Under the pieces are notes generated by a model. The model did not search any database, had not been told where the DNA came from, and saw only the letters and a list, made by a program, of their open reading frames with translations. A stretch of 64,000 nucleotides of DNA. It comes from Cyanobacteria bacterium auto_48_18. GTDB taxonomy: Bacteria; Cyanobacteriota; Vampirovibrionia; Obscuribacterales; Obscuribacteraceae. Below, piece after piece: positions 40,140-50,450 of the stretch. Position 1 is the stretch's first letter. Each line of letters opens with the position of its first letter. The stretch spans positions 192,001-256,000 of the forward strand of contig JAVHQC010000006.1 of NCBI GenBank assembly GCA_036170915.1, written 5' to 3'. The position numbers were made by a program, and so were the translations under genes.

Positions 40140-41418
40140 TGCCGAAGTAATTGCAGCAAGCGGCAAAACAGTGGTATCCGAAGCAGGCAAGCTTTCAGTG
40201 TCTGTGCTGAAATTCGGAGGCACGTCAGTTAAGAATCTTGCTCGTATTCAACACGTAGCAGAAGTTGTTAGAGACAGGCTGAAAGTCGGTGCGAAAATTT
40301 TAGTAGTGGTTTCAGCTATGGGAGACACTACTGACTATCTACTCAAGCTCGGCAGCCAGTGTGCCAAGAATCCTGATCGTCGCGAACTCGATTCTCTGTT
40401 ATCTACGGGCGAACAGATTTCGATTACTCTTTTGGCCATGACTCTAAAAGAAATGGGAATCAAATCTCGCTCATTTACTGCCAGCCAAATTGGTATCTTC
40501 ACTGAAAAGGTGCACAGCAAAGCCCGCATCGTCGATATTAACAGCGATAACTTGACTCGCGCTTTGCAAGAAAATGACGTTTTGGTGGTGGCTGGTTTTC
40601 AGGGTGTCACCGCGGATGGTGATATCACTACTCTCGGTCGAGGTGGCAGCGATACCACTGCGTGCGCTCTGGCAGCGGCTATCGGAGCCGATGTTTGTGA
40701 TATTTATACCGATGTAGATGGCATTTACACTGCCGATCCTAATGTCATTGCCGAAGCCAGACTGCTAAAACGAGTCTCCTACGGCGAAGTGATCGAGATG
40801 GCCAGATTGGGTGCCCAGGTGCTGCATCCGCGCGCGGTGGAACTGGCGCGGCAATACAAAGTACGCATGCGCGTGCGCAATACATTTAAGCCTGACCATG
40901 AAGGCACAACCATTGATGGAGGGGAAGGGGAAAATATGGAAATCTACCGCAGCATTAGCGGCGTGGCTGTGGACAAAGATCAGTCATGTGTGACGATTAT
41001 GGATGTACCAGACAAACCCGGCATTGCAGGCCGAATTATGCAGGCCCTGGCCGATAGCAATATTGTCATTGATATGATCATGCAGGCCTTTCACCCAACT
41101 GCTGGACACAATAACATTACATTTACTGTGCACAGTACAGATCTTGATTTGACCATAAAAACCCTTGAAGGCATTAAAGACGATCTAGACGCCTCGTCGG
41201 TAATTTCTGACTCTGATATTGCCAAAGTCAGCTTAATTGGAGCCGGCCTGGCTGGCCAATCTGGCATTGCCGCTACCATTTTTAAAGCTTTCGGTTCAGC
41301 CGGTATCAATATCAAAATGATTGCCACCAGCGAAATGAAACTAACTTGCGTTGTCAGTGCAAAAGATGCTGATAAAGCAAGCAAGATCATGCATAGCAGC
41401 TTTGGCGAAGAAGCTTAG
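40132..41418 (+). CDS. lysC: Aspartate kinase (alpha subunit; two ACT domains)
   Basis: KFGGTSV, VVSAMG, TTLGRGGSD, TDVDG, DKPGIA. Confidence 0.95.
   Translation: MNNAEVIAASGKTVVSEAGKLSVSVLKFGGTSVKNLARIQHVAEVVRDRLKVGAKILVVVSAMGDTTDYLLKLGSQCAKNPDRRELDSLLSTGEQISITLLAMTLKEMGIKSRSFTASQIGIFTEKVHSKARIVDINSDNLTRALQENDVLVVAGFQGVTADGDITTLGRGGSDTTACALAAAIGADVCDIYTDVDGIYTADPNVIAEARLLKRVSYGEVIEMARLGAQVLHPRAVELARQYKVRMRVRNTFKPDHEGTTIDGGEGENMEIYRSISGVAVDKDQSCVTIMDVPDKPGIAGRIMQALADSNIVIDMIMQAFHPTAGHNNITFTVHSTDLDLTIKTLEGIKDDLDASSVISDSDIAKVSLIGAGLAGQSGIAATIFKAFGSAGINIKMIATSEMKLTCVVSAKDADKASKIMHSSFGEEA
40936..41418 (+). CDS. Putative in-frame aspartate kinase beta subunit from an internal start
   Basis: GGAGGGGAAGGGG immediately before an in-frame ATG at the kinase/ACT boundary (MEIYRSISGVAVDK). 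Confidence 0.6.
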   Translation: MEIYRSISGVAVDKDQSCVTIMDVPDKPGIAGRIMQALADSNIVIDMIMQAFHPTAGHNNITFTVHSTDLDLTIKTLEGIKDDLDASSVISDSDIAKVSLIGAGLAGQSGIAATIFKAFGSAGINIKMIATSEMKLTCVVSAKDADKASKIMHSSFGEEA

Positions 41419-41588
41419 GTCTACTGGCATTGCACTTACTCAAAGGCTTGCCATGAGGCAGGCTCGATGCAGATGCTTCGGATACTCAAGATTGAGATGC
41501 TTGGACTTTTACATAGTGAGCATTATAACGCTTGTCATGATGCTAGATTAATATCGGTTGTTCAGTTATTCCTCATAGAGCTTTTATC

Positions 41589-42185
41589 ATGCACGATTGT
41601 CCTACCTGCAAAGTTCCGCTTCATGGTCATGAATTGGTCTGCCCTTCATGCGGGGCCAGACAAAGAGTGAAGCTTGGCTCGAGTAAGTTGTTCGGTGGTG
41701 AAAGTGCCGCACAGAAGCCAAAGATGAACCTCATGCCATTTGTGGTGGTCGGTCTGGTCACTCTCGGTATTGCTGGTTATTTATTGAAGGACAGCTGGGT
41801 TGGTCAATTGCTCACTCGTCCGCCACAGGTGGAAGATCCTATTGCCAAGATGACATATCTGGAGGCCCGTGATTTAGTCGAAAGTAAAATTACCGAAGGC
41901 GTAGCTGCCACCGGCGGTAAAACCACTTTTAAATGGAAGCGCGGTGGTGCCGACGTGGACAAAGCCAGTGAAGGTTCTGTAGAAGCGGAAGCCGAGGTAA
42001 ATCTGGCCGATCCAAATACACACACTGCAATTGTTGATCCGGTTAAGCCATATTTTGAAAAAGCCGGCATCAAGACTTTCGAATTGAAAAATTTAGTCAA
42101 CGGCAAAGTCAAACAAACATGGACTTCTACTGTTGCCCCAGGTGTCGCCGCGGACGGCGCTGCTCCGGCGGAACCGGCCCAGTAA
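41589..42185 (+). CDS. Zinc-ribbon membrane protein, hypothetical
   Basis: CPTC...CPSCG followed by a single TM helix. Confidence 0.7.
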   Translation: MHDCPTCKVPLHGHELVCPSCGARQRVKLGSSKLFGGESAAQKPKMNLMPFVVVGLVTLGIAGYLLKDSWVGQLLTRPPQVEDPIAKMTYLEARDLVESKITEGVAATGGKTTFKWKRGGADVDKASEGSVEAEAEVNLADPNTHTAIVDPVKPYFEKAGIKTFELKNLVNGKVKQTWTSTVAPGVAADGAAPAEPAQ

Positions 42186-42230
42186 CATCACGTTCTTTAA
42201 TGGTCGTCTGCAGTTGCGGCGTAAGCCTGA

Positions 42231-43040
42231 TTATTTAGAAGGTGTTATCGAAACGGGTTGTGCTTGTGCGGCGATAGTCTTCTTCTTATTCCCGCCCAAT
42301 AGGCCGCGAATAAATTTACCCAGCGGATCGTAAAACTCGTCAACCACGCGTTCTTTCAAAGGAATGATGGCGTTGTCGGTAATGTGAATGTCTTCGGGAC
42401 AAACTTCAGTGCAGCATTTAGTGATGTTGCAATAGCCGATGTGCCCTTCATCTTTGAGATATTTGAGACGATTGGCTTCATCTAGAGGGTGCATCTCAAG
42501 GCCGGCTACGCGCACCATAAAGCGAGGCCCCATGAAATTGTCCTTGCGCTCGTGATCGCGCAGCACATGGCAAACATTCTGGCATAAGAAGCACTCGATG
42601 CATTTGCGAAACTCCTGCACGCGCTCAATGTCTTCTTGATAAATAGTCCAGTCAGCATCAGGCGATGGTGAGAAAGGAGTGATTTTTTTGTTCACCTCAT
42701 AATTCCAGGACACATCGGTGACCAGGTCTTTGATGATGGGGAAAGTTTTGAGCGGTTGCACGCAAATTTCTTCGTCGTGTTTAAACTGATCCATTCTCGA
42801 TTTGCACATCAAGGATGGCATGCCGTTTACTTCGGCACTGCATGAGCCGCATTTGGCAGCTTTGCAATTCCAGCGCACACCGAGCTCAGGATCAAAATTC
42901 TGCTGAATATAGTGAATGGCATCAAGCACCACCATGCCTGCTTCCACCGGCACTTTATAAGATTGAAATTCACCTTTCTCTTTGGTGCCTCTATATACCT
43001 TGAGGGTCGCTTGCCGACCTGGGTTCGTAGGATCAGGCAT
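42231..43040 (-). CDS. sdhB: Succinate dehydrogenase/fumarate reductase iron-sulfur subunit
   Basis: CKAAKCGSC, CIECFLCQNVC, CNITKCCTEVCP. Confidence 0.93.
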   Translation of the reverse strand: MPDPTNPGRQATLKVYRGTKEKGEFQSYKVPVEAGMVVLDAIHYIQQNFDPELGVRWNCKAAKCGSCSAEVNGMPSLMCKSRMDQFKHDEEICVQPLKTFPIIKDLVTDVSWNYEVNKKITPFSPSPDADWTIYQEDIERVQEFRKCIECFLCQNVCHVLRDHERKDNFMGPRFMVRVAGLEMHPLDEANRLKYLKDEGHIGYCNITKCCTEVCPEDIHITDNAIIPLKERVVDEFYDPLGKFIRGLLGGNKKKTIAAQAQPVSITPSK

Positions 43041-44856
43041 TAACGGGCTCCTTTTTTACAAAAATTTCTTTCAAATCTTGTGGCATCTCAGGCAGTGGAG
43101 TGTGCTCCAGTTTCATGTTGCCATTTTCATCTTTACTGCAAGACGAGTTTTTAGTGCCCCACTCTTTTTCAGTATTAGGAAAGTCGAGGCGGCTGTGAGC
43201 TCCACGACTTTCTTTGCGAGAGAGGGCACTGCGGGCGATGGCTTCAGAGCAAATCATCATGTTTCTCAAATCGCGGCACATGTGCCAACCAGGGTTGAAG
43301 GCTTTGCTGCCTTTGGCACCGGCTTTTTTGATCTCTTCCTTGAGTTCTTCAAGCTTGGCTACACCAATAGCCAGTTCACTTTCTTCACGGAAAATGCCCA
43401 CATAAGTGCCCATAATCTTGTTTAGTTCTTTGTGCACGTCATATGGGTTTTTTCCATCTTTGCGCAAGAATGGTTCTTCCATTTCGGCAATTGCAGCTTT
43501 GACATATTTGTCGTCTATTTTCAGGCTGCTTGGAACGGTTTTTGCATAGTCGGCAGCGGCTGCTCCAGCGCGTTTACCAAAGACCACCAGATCAGAAAGC
43601 GAATTTCCGCCAAGTCTATTGGCACCGTGCATGCCACCGGAGCACTCTCCGGCCGCAAACAATCCAGGTACCCTGGTCATCTGAGTTTCGGCGTCGACTC
43701 TGATACCACCCATGGTGTAGTGCATGGTTGGTCCCACTTCCATGGGCCCGGCTGTAATGTCTACGTCTGCCAGGTCTTTAAATTGGTGATACATAGACGG
43801 CAGCTTCTTTTTCACTCGTTCAGAGTCTTGATAGCTGATATCGAGGAAGACACCACCGTGAGGTGAGCCGCGACCTTCTTTTACTTCGGTGTAAATGGCG
43901 CGGGCCACATTGTCACGAGTAGATAGCTCCGGCGGACGGCGAGCCTCAGTGCGGTTGCCGGCTAATGCGGCATTGACCCAGGTCACTGCTTCCGCTTCGT
44001 CAGCAGCATAGTCATTTCTGGTTGCTTCAGGTAAATATTTGAACATGAAACGCTCACCGAGGCTATTGCGCAGAATGCCGCCTTCACCACGGACGCCTTC
44101 AGTGACAAGAATGCCTCGCACGCCTGGGGGCCAGACCATGCCGGTTGGGTGGAATTGAATAAACTCCATATCGATTAATTCTGCGCCGGCGTCATAGGCC
44201 AGACCTTGACCGTCGCCAGTATATTCCCAGGAGTTTGAAGTAATCGTATAAGCTTTGCCAGTGCCGCCTGTGGCCAGCACAATGGCTTTGGCTTTGAACA
44301 AAATGTAGCGACCATCTTCGCGATAATAACCAAAAGCTCCGGCAATTTTGTCGCCATCTTTAATCAGTTCGGTAATGGTGCATTCCATGTAGACTTCGAT
44401 GCCCTGGTGCACGCCGCGGTCTTGCAGAGTGCGAATCATCTCGAGCCCCGTGCGGTCACCCACGTGGCAAAGGCGCTTCCAGGTGTGACCACCAAAAGCC
44501 CGTTGCAAAATTTTGCCGTCTTTAGTACGGTCGAAAACCGCGCCCCAACGCTCAAGTTCTTTCACTCGATCAGGAGCTTCTTGCGCATGCAACTGAGCCA
44601 TGCGCCAGTTGTTGAGCATTTTGCCACCATTCATGGTGTCTTTAAAGTGCGTTTGCCAGCCGTCTTTAGGGTCGACGTTAGCCAGGGCTGCCGCCACTCC
44701 GCCTTCGGCCATAACTGTATGCGCTTTGCCCAGTAATGATTTGCAAACCAGGCCGACGCTAACGCCTTGACCAGACGCTTCGATTGCCGCGCGCAAACCG
44801 GCACCACCAGCGCCTATTACCAATACATCGTGTTCTCTAGTTTCGTATTCAGTCAT
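43033..44856 (-). CDS. sdhA: Succinate dehydrogenase/fumarate reductase flavoprotein subunit
   Basis: IGAGGAG, KAHTVMAEGG, QFHPTG, HYTMGG, HGANRLGGNSL, ESRGAH. Start moved to ATG 44856. Confidence 0.95.
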   Translation of the reverse strand: MTEYETREHDVLVIGAGGAGLRAAIEASGQGVSVGLVCKSLLGKAHTVMAEGGVAAALANVDPKDGWQTHFKDTMNGGKMLNNWRMAQLHAQEAPDRVKELERWGAVFDRTKDGKILQRAFGGHTWKRLCHVGDRTGLEMIRTLQDRGVHQGIEVYMECTITELIKDGDKIAGAFGYYREDGRYILFKAKAIVLATGGTGKAYTITSNSWEYTGDGQGLAYDAGAELIDMEFIQFHPTGMVWPPGVRGILVTEGVRGEGGILRNSLGERFMFKYLPEATRNDYAADEAEAVTWVNAALAGNRTEARRPPELSTRDNVARAIYTEVKEGRGSPHGGVFLDISYQDSERVKKKLPSMYHQFKDLADVDITAGPMEVGPTMHYTMGGIRVDAETQMTRVPGLFAAGECSGGMHGANRLGGNSLSDLVVFGKRAGAAAADYAKTVPSSLKIDDKYVKAAIAEMEEPFLRKDGKNPYDVHKELNKIMGTYVGIFREESELAIGVAKLEELKEEIKKAGAKGSKAFNPGWHMCRDLRNMMICSEAIARSALSRKESRGAHSRLDFPNTEKEWGTKNSSCSKDENGNMKLEHTPLPEMPQDLKEIFVKKEPVNA

Positions 44857-44858
44857 AA

Positions 44859-45659
44859 TTAAAATATTTGAAATGCCAGGCTGGGATTGACGCAGGTGTA
44901 ACGGATATAAAGATCGGTAATTGCCACAGACATCAGTGAAGTCCAGGCCCATTGCTGGTGCCGCTCATTGAATTTAGTGACGAGTTGCCAGGCTTGAAAA
45001 GCCGGCTTCAGCTTCTGTTCGTTTTTAGGGCAAGAGAAACAATCTTCTTTACCGCCGACGATGTGGCGGCAGGCATGACAGCCAAATGTGTAGCCTGAAA
45101 GCAGGATGCAATTAACAAACATGACTACGGTGAGCACACTCATGTGGAATGCGCCTTCATAGTAAACGGTGTTGAAAGCATCGACCCACAAAATCAGCAA
45201 CACAGGCACAGCGAAGTAAAACGCATAGCGATGCAGATTTTGCAAAACGAATGGGAATGATTGTTCGCCGGTATAACCCTTACCTTTGAACATGCCCACT
45301 GTGCATGCCGGAGGATGCATGAAATACGACCGGTAATAAGCCTTGCGGTAGTAGTAGCAAGTGGCTCTAAACGACAGCGGAATCCAGAGAATCAAGAAAG
45401 CTGGTGAAAGAGGAAACCACGGTACATATTGCTTCAAGTTGGGCGAATAGAAGGGTGATAGATACGGACCAACTTCATAGAGATTATTTTCAAAAGCACG
45501 GAACATGGAGTAAATGCCAAATGCCGTGAAAACAAAAGCGATTAATGCGGGCTCAACCCACCAGTTGTCTTTGCGTTCTGTGGGACCTTGGTAGGCCGGC
45601 AATTCGTTGGATGTTGGCAGTTTGTTTTCAGGCAGATCTGTCAGTTGGGATTGGGTCAT
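44859..45659 (-). CDS. Succinate dehydrogenase membrane anchor, Sdh1/type F (Rv0249c-like)
   Basis: SPFYSP, FRATCYYYRKAYYR, QNLHRY, YTFGCHACRH, HQQWAWTSL; multiple TM helices. Start moved to ATG 45659. Confidence 0.85.
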   Translation of the reverse strand: MTQSQLTDLPENKLPTSNELPAYQGPTERKDNWWVEPALIAFVFTAFGIYSMFRAFENNLYEVGPYLSPFYSPNLKQYVPWFPLSPAFLILWIPLSFRATCYYYRKAYYRSYFMHPPACTVGMFKGKGYTGEQSFPFVLQNLHRYAFYFAVPVLLILWVDAFNTVYYEGAFHMSVLTVVMFVNCILLSGYTFGCHACRHIVGGKEDCFSCPKNEQKLKPAFQAWQLVTKFNERHQQWAWTSLMSVAITDLYIRYTCVNPSLAFQIF

Positions 45660-46214
45660 GAACGTTTTTCCTGGGATGCTTGGACCAGAGACTGGTTCGG
45701 CTAATGCTCGCAAGTGTTGATCGGAGCGCCTTATGCGGTCCACTATCGGACATAACAAATTATAGCGATCTGAAACTCGACTGACCCTTATTTCCTCTAA
45801 TTTGAAGGCTTTATGCGAGCCAGAAATATTTGCATTTTCGGCGTTCAAGCGCCCGTGATCAGCCAGGGTTTTGAAACCTCGCGTTTTAGAGAGCTCGCTA
45901 ATAGAAGTTATTCGCAATATTTATCATGCTTATAATCCGCTCATAATTGACGACTTGTAAAGCGATATTTTCGGGGGTATTCAATTGCCTTGAGGCTGGC
46001 TGGGAAGTTCTGCCGATATCGCTCAAGCCGTATAAGCAGGCAAGTAAAGCCTAAGCGGCAAATCCGAATTGCAGGTGGGAACCTCGTCGCAAAGCTGGCG
46101 TCTCTTATTACGTCAGCGAATTTGTTGCTCTTTAGTGGCCTAAATTCTTGTCGTTGGCAGTGGTTTAACCACGAGGTTGAACAGTTGTGTCGAACAGTTG
46201 TAAGGAGCGCTTCT

Positions 46215-46502
46215 ATGGACGCCAAAGTTCGCAAGCCCAGAAATAAGAAAAGGAACGAAGTCTACGTGCAGGCTGACGCGAAATCACTTGAGCGCATTGC
46301 CATTACTCAAAGGCTTGATGATGCGATTCCACTCAATACTGATGAATGGCAGAAAGTTGAACAGATGCTGATGCGTTTGACTGAATTTGCGCCTTCAGAC
46401 CTTTTAATGGAAGTGGCCAGTGCAGTTGCCTTCTACGCTGACGATCAAGCGCGACGAGGCTATATACTTGGCGCCGCTGATTCGTGTAAATTGGTGGCTT
46501 AA
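46215..46502 (+). CDS. Small hypothetical protein, paralog of 25125-25382
   Basis: TAAGGAG RBS before ATG 46215; shared conserved blocks. Confidence 0.8.
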   Translation: MDAKVRKPRNKKRNEVYVQADAKSLERIAITQRLDDAIPLNTDEWQKVEQMLMRLTEFAPSDLLMEVASAVAFYADDQARRGYILGAADSCKLVA

Positions 46503-46535
46503 CACCAATTTGTTCAATCAGGATTTTAGAAATAG

Positions 46536-47027
46536 ATGCTTCAGGTCCTTCCGGCCCAGTTTAAAAATTGCCAGGCTATATCCAACATCTATAACTATTA
46601 TGTTGAAAATTCAACGGCTACATTCGCATTAGAAAATGAAACCCTAGCTGAGCGTGAACTCTGGTTCAGACAACATTTTGAAGCGGGCCTACCGGTCTTC
46701 GTCGCTGAGCTGGAAGGTAGCATAATCGGCTTTGCCTCGCTCTCGTTTTACCACCAACGTTGCGCTTACAATAAAACTGTAGAAGCGTCGATTTATATTG
46801 ACCACAATTTTCTTCAGCGCGGATTCGGTCGGGCTTTGATGGAACAACTGATGACAGCTGCCGCAGGATGCGGGTATCATGCGATTCTAGGCTTAATCTG
46901 CAGTGAAAATGTTGGCAGTATCAAACTGATGCGGCAATTTGGCTTCGAAGATGTTGGCTGTTTGCGCGAGGTCGGCAACAAATTTGACCGGTGGTTAGAC
47001 GTGCAGCTATTACAAAAAATCTTGTAG
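46536..47027 (+). CDS. GNAT acetyltransferase (phosphinothricin/methionine-sulfoximine type)
   Basis: IYNYYVENSTATF, SIYI...QRGFGRALM, EVGNKFDRWLD. Confidence 0.88.
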   Translation: MLQVLPAQFKNCQAISNIYNYYVENSTATFALENETLAERELWFRQHFEAGLPVFVAELEGSIIGFASLSFYHQRCAYNKTVEASIYIDHNFLQRGFGRALMEQLMTAAAGCGYHAILGLICSENVGSIKLMRQFGFEDVGCLREVGNKFDRWLDVQLLQKIL

Positions 47028-47047
47028 ATCAGAAATAAAGACACTAC

Positions 47048-47926
47048 ATGCCACTTAAGAAATCCAAAAATCTACTTTATTTGTTGCTAGCACCACTCGC
47101 TTATGTGCTTTTGTCGCCTCGCGTGAACAAACGCCTCTATCGACCGCTGCTGTTTCGCCCTCAGGCGTATCCCAGTACGGATGGCGATCATTTGCCCATA
47201 GCCATGGGTGTCATACCAGACGAGCTCTATTTCAATAGCTACGGCACGTTGGCAAGCAAGGAGACCTTGCATGGTTGGCATTTTCAGCATCCTAATGCCG
47301 ACGCTCCGCTAGTGCTCTTCAGTCACGGGAATTCTGGAAATATCACCATTCGTGCGGCTTTGTGCGAAATGCTACTTGAAAGTGGTGCCTCGGTTTTTGT
47401 CTATGATTATCGCGGTTTTGGAAAGAGTACTGGCATACCAAATGTCGAAGGAGTCTGCCAGGATGGTCTGGCAGCCTATGATTTTGTTGTGAATAAATTT
47501 TCGCTGCCGCCAGAGAAGATATTTTTATACGGTGAATCACTCGGTGCGGCCATTAGCTCTTACATCGCCAGCCAGAGAAAATCTGCAGGGCTGATTTTGC
47601 AGTCTGGCTACAGCTCTTTACGCAATATTGCCGGTGAAACGGTACGCGCACTGAATTTGTATCCGTCGTGGCTATTTCCTATGCCCGGTAAAAATAGTCG
47701 TGAAATTCTTTCGGTGGCGCATCCACCGCTGTTGATTATTCATGGTGAGCTTGACACAGTCGTGGCTTTCCACCATGCCCAGACTCTTTTTGACTCGGCG
47801 TCTCAACCCAAGCAGCTGCTCGCGTTGCCAGCCAGCGCCCACTCAGATTTGATCACAACCAGCCGTGAGTTGGTCACCGAAACTCTAACTGATTTTTTTA
47901 CTCGCTCTACGGCCGTTGCATCTTAA
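47048..47926 (+). CDS. Alpha/beta hydrolase (ABHD17/BEM46-like)
   Basis: FSHGNSGN, DYRGFGKS, YGESLG, IHGELD, AHSD. Confidence 0.88.
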   Translation: MPLKKSKNLLYLLLAPLAYVLLSPRVNKRLYRPLLFRPQAYPSTDGDHLPIAMGVIPDELYFNSYGTLASKETLHGWHFQHPNADAPLVLFSHGNSGNITIRAALCEMLLESGASVFVYDYRGFGKSTGIPNVEGVCQDGLAAYDFVVNKFSLPPEKIFLYGESLGAAISSYIASQRKSAGLILQSGYSSLRNIAGETVRALNLYPSWLFPMPGKNSREILSVAHPPLLIIHGELDTVVAFHHAQTLFDSASQPKQLLALPASAHSDLITTSRELVTETLTDFFTRSTAVAS

Positions 47927-47957
47927 GTCAGCAACTGTCGCTTAAAGACAGCTAAAT

Positions 47958-50243
47958 TTACGACTTCAGTGCCTGAGCTCTCTGACTGTTTTCACGAATC
48001 AAATTGAGAGCAGAACCAGCTTTGAACCATCCGATTTGTTCGTCGGTCATTGTATGTTTTGCCTCAATTAATTCGCATGTGCCATCTTTGTGCAGAAGCT
48101 CAATCTGGATATTTTGCCCCGGCGAGAGTTCTATAAGATTGCGAATGGCAAGGGTGTCAGTCTCTTGAATCTTGTCATAGTCAGCCGGATTGACAAAAGT
48201 CAGAGCGAGAATGCCTTGCTTTTTCAAGTTAGTTTCGTGAATACGAGCAAAACTTCTCACCAGCACAGCCTTGCATCCAAGGAAACGTGGCGACATGGCA
48301 GCGTGCTCGCGGCTTGAACCTTCACCATAGTTTTGATCGCCAATGACCATCCATCCTCGGTTATGGGCCTTATAATTGCGAGCCACTTGAGGATAAGTCT
48401 TTCTGTCATTAGCAATGACATCAAGGCCGATACCAACATCTTTTGTGAAGGCGTTTATGGCGCCGATAAACATGTTGTCACTGATACGATCGATGTGGCC
48501 GCGATATTTCAACCATGGGCCAGCGGGAGAAATATGATCGGTGGTACATTTGCCCAGAGCCTTGAGCAAAATCGGCATGTTCTCTAGGTCTTTGCCATCC
48601 CAGGCGGCAAAAGGCTCGAGCAATTGCAAACGATTTGACTCAGGATTAACCACCACGCTTACCTGATCACCGTTTGCGGCAGGTGGCAAGTAGCCGTTGT
48701 CCTCAGATTTAAATCCTCGGGCAGGAAGTTCTGGGGCCTCTGGTGGGGTCAATTTGAAAGGTTTGCCGTCGCTGCCATTGATTGAATCTTTTAAGGGATT
48801 AAAAGAAAGGGAGCCGGACAATGCCAGGGCGGTGACAATTTCAGGACTGCCAATGAAAGCTAAAGTTTCTGGATTACCATCATTGCGTTTTTGGAAATTT
48901 CGATTGAAGGAAGTAATGATTGAATTGGGTTCGCCTGGTTTAATGTCATCGCGACGCCATTGCCCAATACACGGGCCGCAAGCGTTGGCTAGAACAGTTC
49001 CGCCGATATCTTCCAGAGTCTTTAATTGGCCATCACGCTCGATGGTTTCATATATCTGTTCGGACCCTGGAGTGATTAAAAATCCGCAGCTAGACTTAAG
49101 ACCATGATCAGAAGCTTGCTGCGCCACGTGGGCAGCCCTGCTCATGTCTTCATAAGAAGAATTAGTGCAGCTGCCGATTAAGGCATAAGTGAGCTTATCT
49201 GGATATCCTTTGATTTTAATTTCTTCCGCAAATGCAGAAATTGGTCGAGCCAAGTCAGGGGTATGGGGGCCGACTACATAAGGCTCGAGTAAATCAAGAT
49301 CAATTTCTACGACCTGGTCAAAGTAGCTCATAGGATCGCTTTCCACTTCAGGGTCAGCAACCAAACATTCTTTGTATTGGTCAGCAAGAGCGGCAAATTC
49401 TTCGCGTTTAGTGATGCGCAAATATTTGCCCATGCGTTCGTCGTAAGGGAAAATAGATGTGGTAGCGCCGAGCTCTGCTCCCATATTTGTAATGGTCGCT
49501 TTGCCTGTGCAGCTAATTGACTTGGTGCCCTCTCCGAAGTATTCAACTATTGCTCCGGTGCCTCCGGCAACAGTCAGAATTCCGGCAACTTTGAGGATCA
49601 CGTCTTTCGGTGAAGTCCAACCGTTCAACTTACCCTTTAAGTGAATACCAATCAGCTTGGGCCAACGCAGACCCCAGGCAACACCTGCCATGACGTCTAC
49701 GGCATCAGCACCGCCTACTCCGATGGCTACCATGCCCAGGCCGCCGGCATTGGGAGTATGAGAATCTGTACCGATCATCATCGTGCCGGGCAGAGCATAG
49801 TTCTCGAGAACCACCTGATGGATGATACCTGCGCCCGGCTTCCAGAATCCGATGCCGTGCTTGTTGCTGGCAGACTCGAGGAAATCGTAAACTTCTTTGT
49901 TCTCGTTGAGAGCATCGATCATGTCAGACTCAGCGCCTACACGAGCTTGAATCAAGTGATCACAGTGCACCGTACTTGGTACCGCTACAGTTTTTAGCTG
50001 AGCTTGCATAAATTGAAGAAGAGCCATCTGGGCTGTAGCATCTTGCATAGCCACGCGATCAGGGCGTAAAAATGCGTAAGTTTCCCCACGTTTTATTTCT
50101 TCAGCCGGCCAGTGATCGAGGTGCGATGTCAGCACTTTTTCTGCAAGAGTTAGCGGTCGACCGAATTTTTCACGAGCAAGAGCGTGCTTTTCGGCCAACG
50201 CCTCGTAGACAATTTTGATATCGGATACTTTCAATTCAGCCAT
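47958..50243 (-). CDS. Aconitate hydratase (short, mitochondrial-like type)
   Basis: [57 protein letters not shown]. Confidence 0.93.
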   Translation of the reverse strand: MAELKVSDIKIVYEALAEKHALAREKFGRPLTLAEKVLTSHLDHWPAEEIKRGETYAFLRPDRVAMQDATAQMALLQFMQAQLKTVAVPSTVHCDHLIQARVGAESDMIDALNENKEVYDFLESASNKHGIGFWKPGAGIIHQVVLENYALPGTMMIGTDSHTPNAGGLGMVAIGVGGADAVDVMAGVAWGLRWPKLIGIHLKGKLNGWTSPKDVILKVAGILTVAGGTGAIVEYFGEGTKSISCTGKATITNMGAELGATTSIFPYDERMGKYLRITKREEFAALADQYKECLVADPEVESDPMSYFDQVVEIDLDLLEPYVVGPHTPDLARPISAFAEEIKIKGYPDKLTYALIGSCTNSSYEDMSRAAHVAQQASDHGLKSSCGFLITPGSEQIYETIERDGQLKTLEDIGGTVLANACGPCIGQWRRDDIKPGEPNSIITSFNRNFQKRNDGNPETLAFIGSPEIVTALALSGSLSFNPLKDSINGSDGKPFKLTPPEAPELPARGFKSEDNGYLPPAANGDQVSVVVNPESNRLQLLEPFAAWDGKDLENMPILLKALGKCTTDHISPAGPWLKYRGHIDRISDNMFIGAINAFTKDVGIGLDVIANDRKTYPQVARNYKAHNRGWMVIGDQNYGEGSSREHAAMSPRFLGCKAVLVRSFARIHETNLKKQGILALTFVNPADYDKIQETDTLAIRNLIELSPGQNIQIELLHKDGTCELIEAKHTMTDEQIGWFKAGSALNLIRENSQRAQALKS

Positions 50244-50450
50244 TGCAGTCTCTCTTGTAGCTTTGTTTAATTGCCTAATTGTACTATTTTTCCTCGATAA
50301 AATTTGTTTTCAAGAGACGCGCAAGCCGGACAGGTAATGAGCGAAATTTCTATGCTTATCGCTGAAACCAGGCAATGGCCCAACATCCTTGGTCAATACG
50401 CTATTAAAGTCCGCAGCCGTCTTAATGGAAATGTAGCAATTTCAATACTC

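Noticed and set aside
46054..46130. c-di-GMP-I riboswitch (GGCAAA...CGCAAAG resemblance)
   Set aside because: Spacing, the GAAA tetraloop and the receptor stem do not fit the consensus. Kept only as an unassigned structured RNA candidate.
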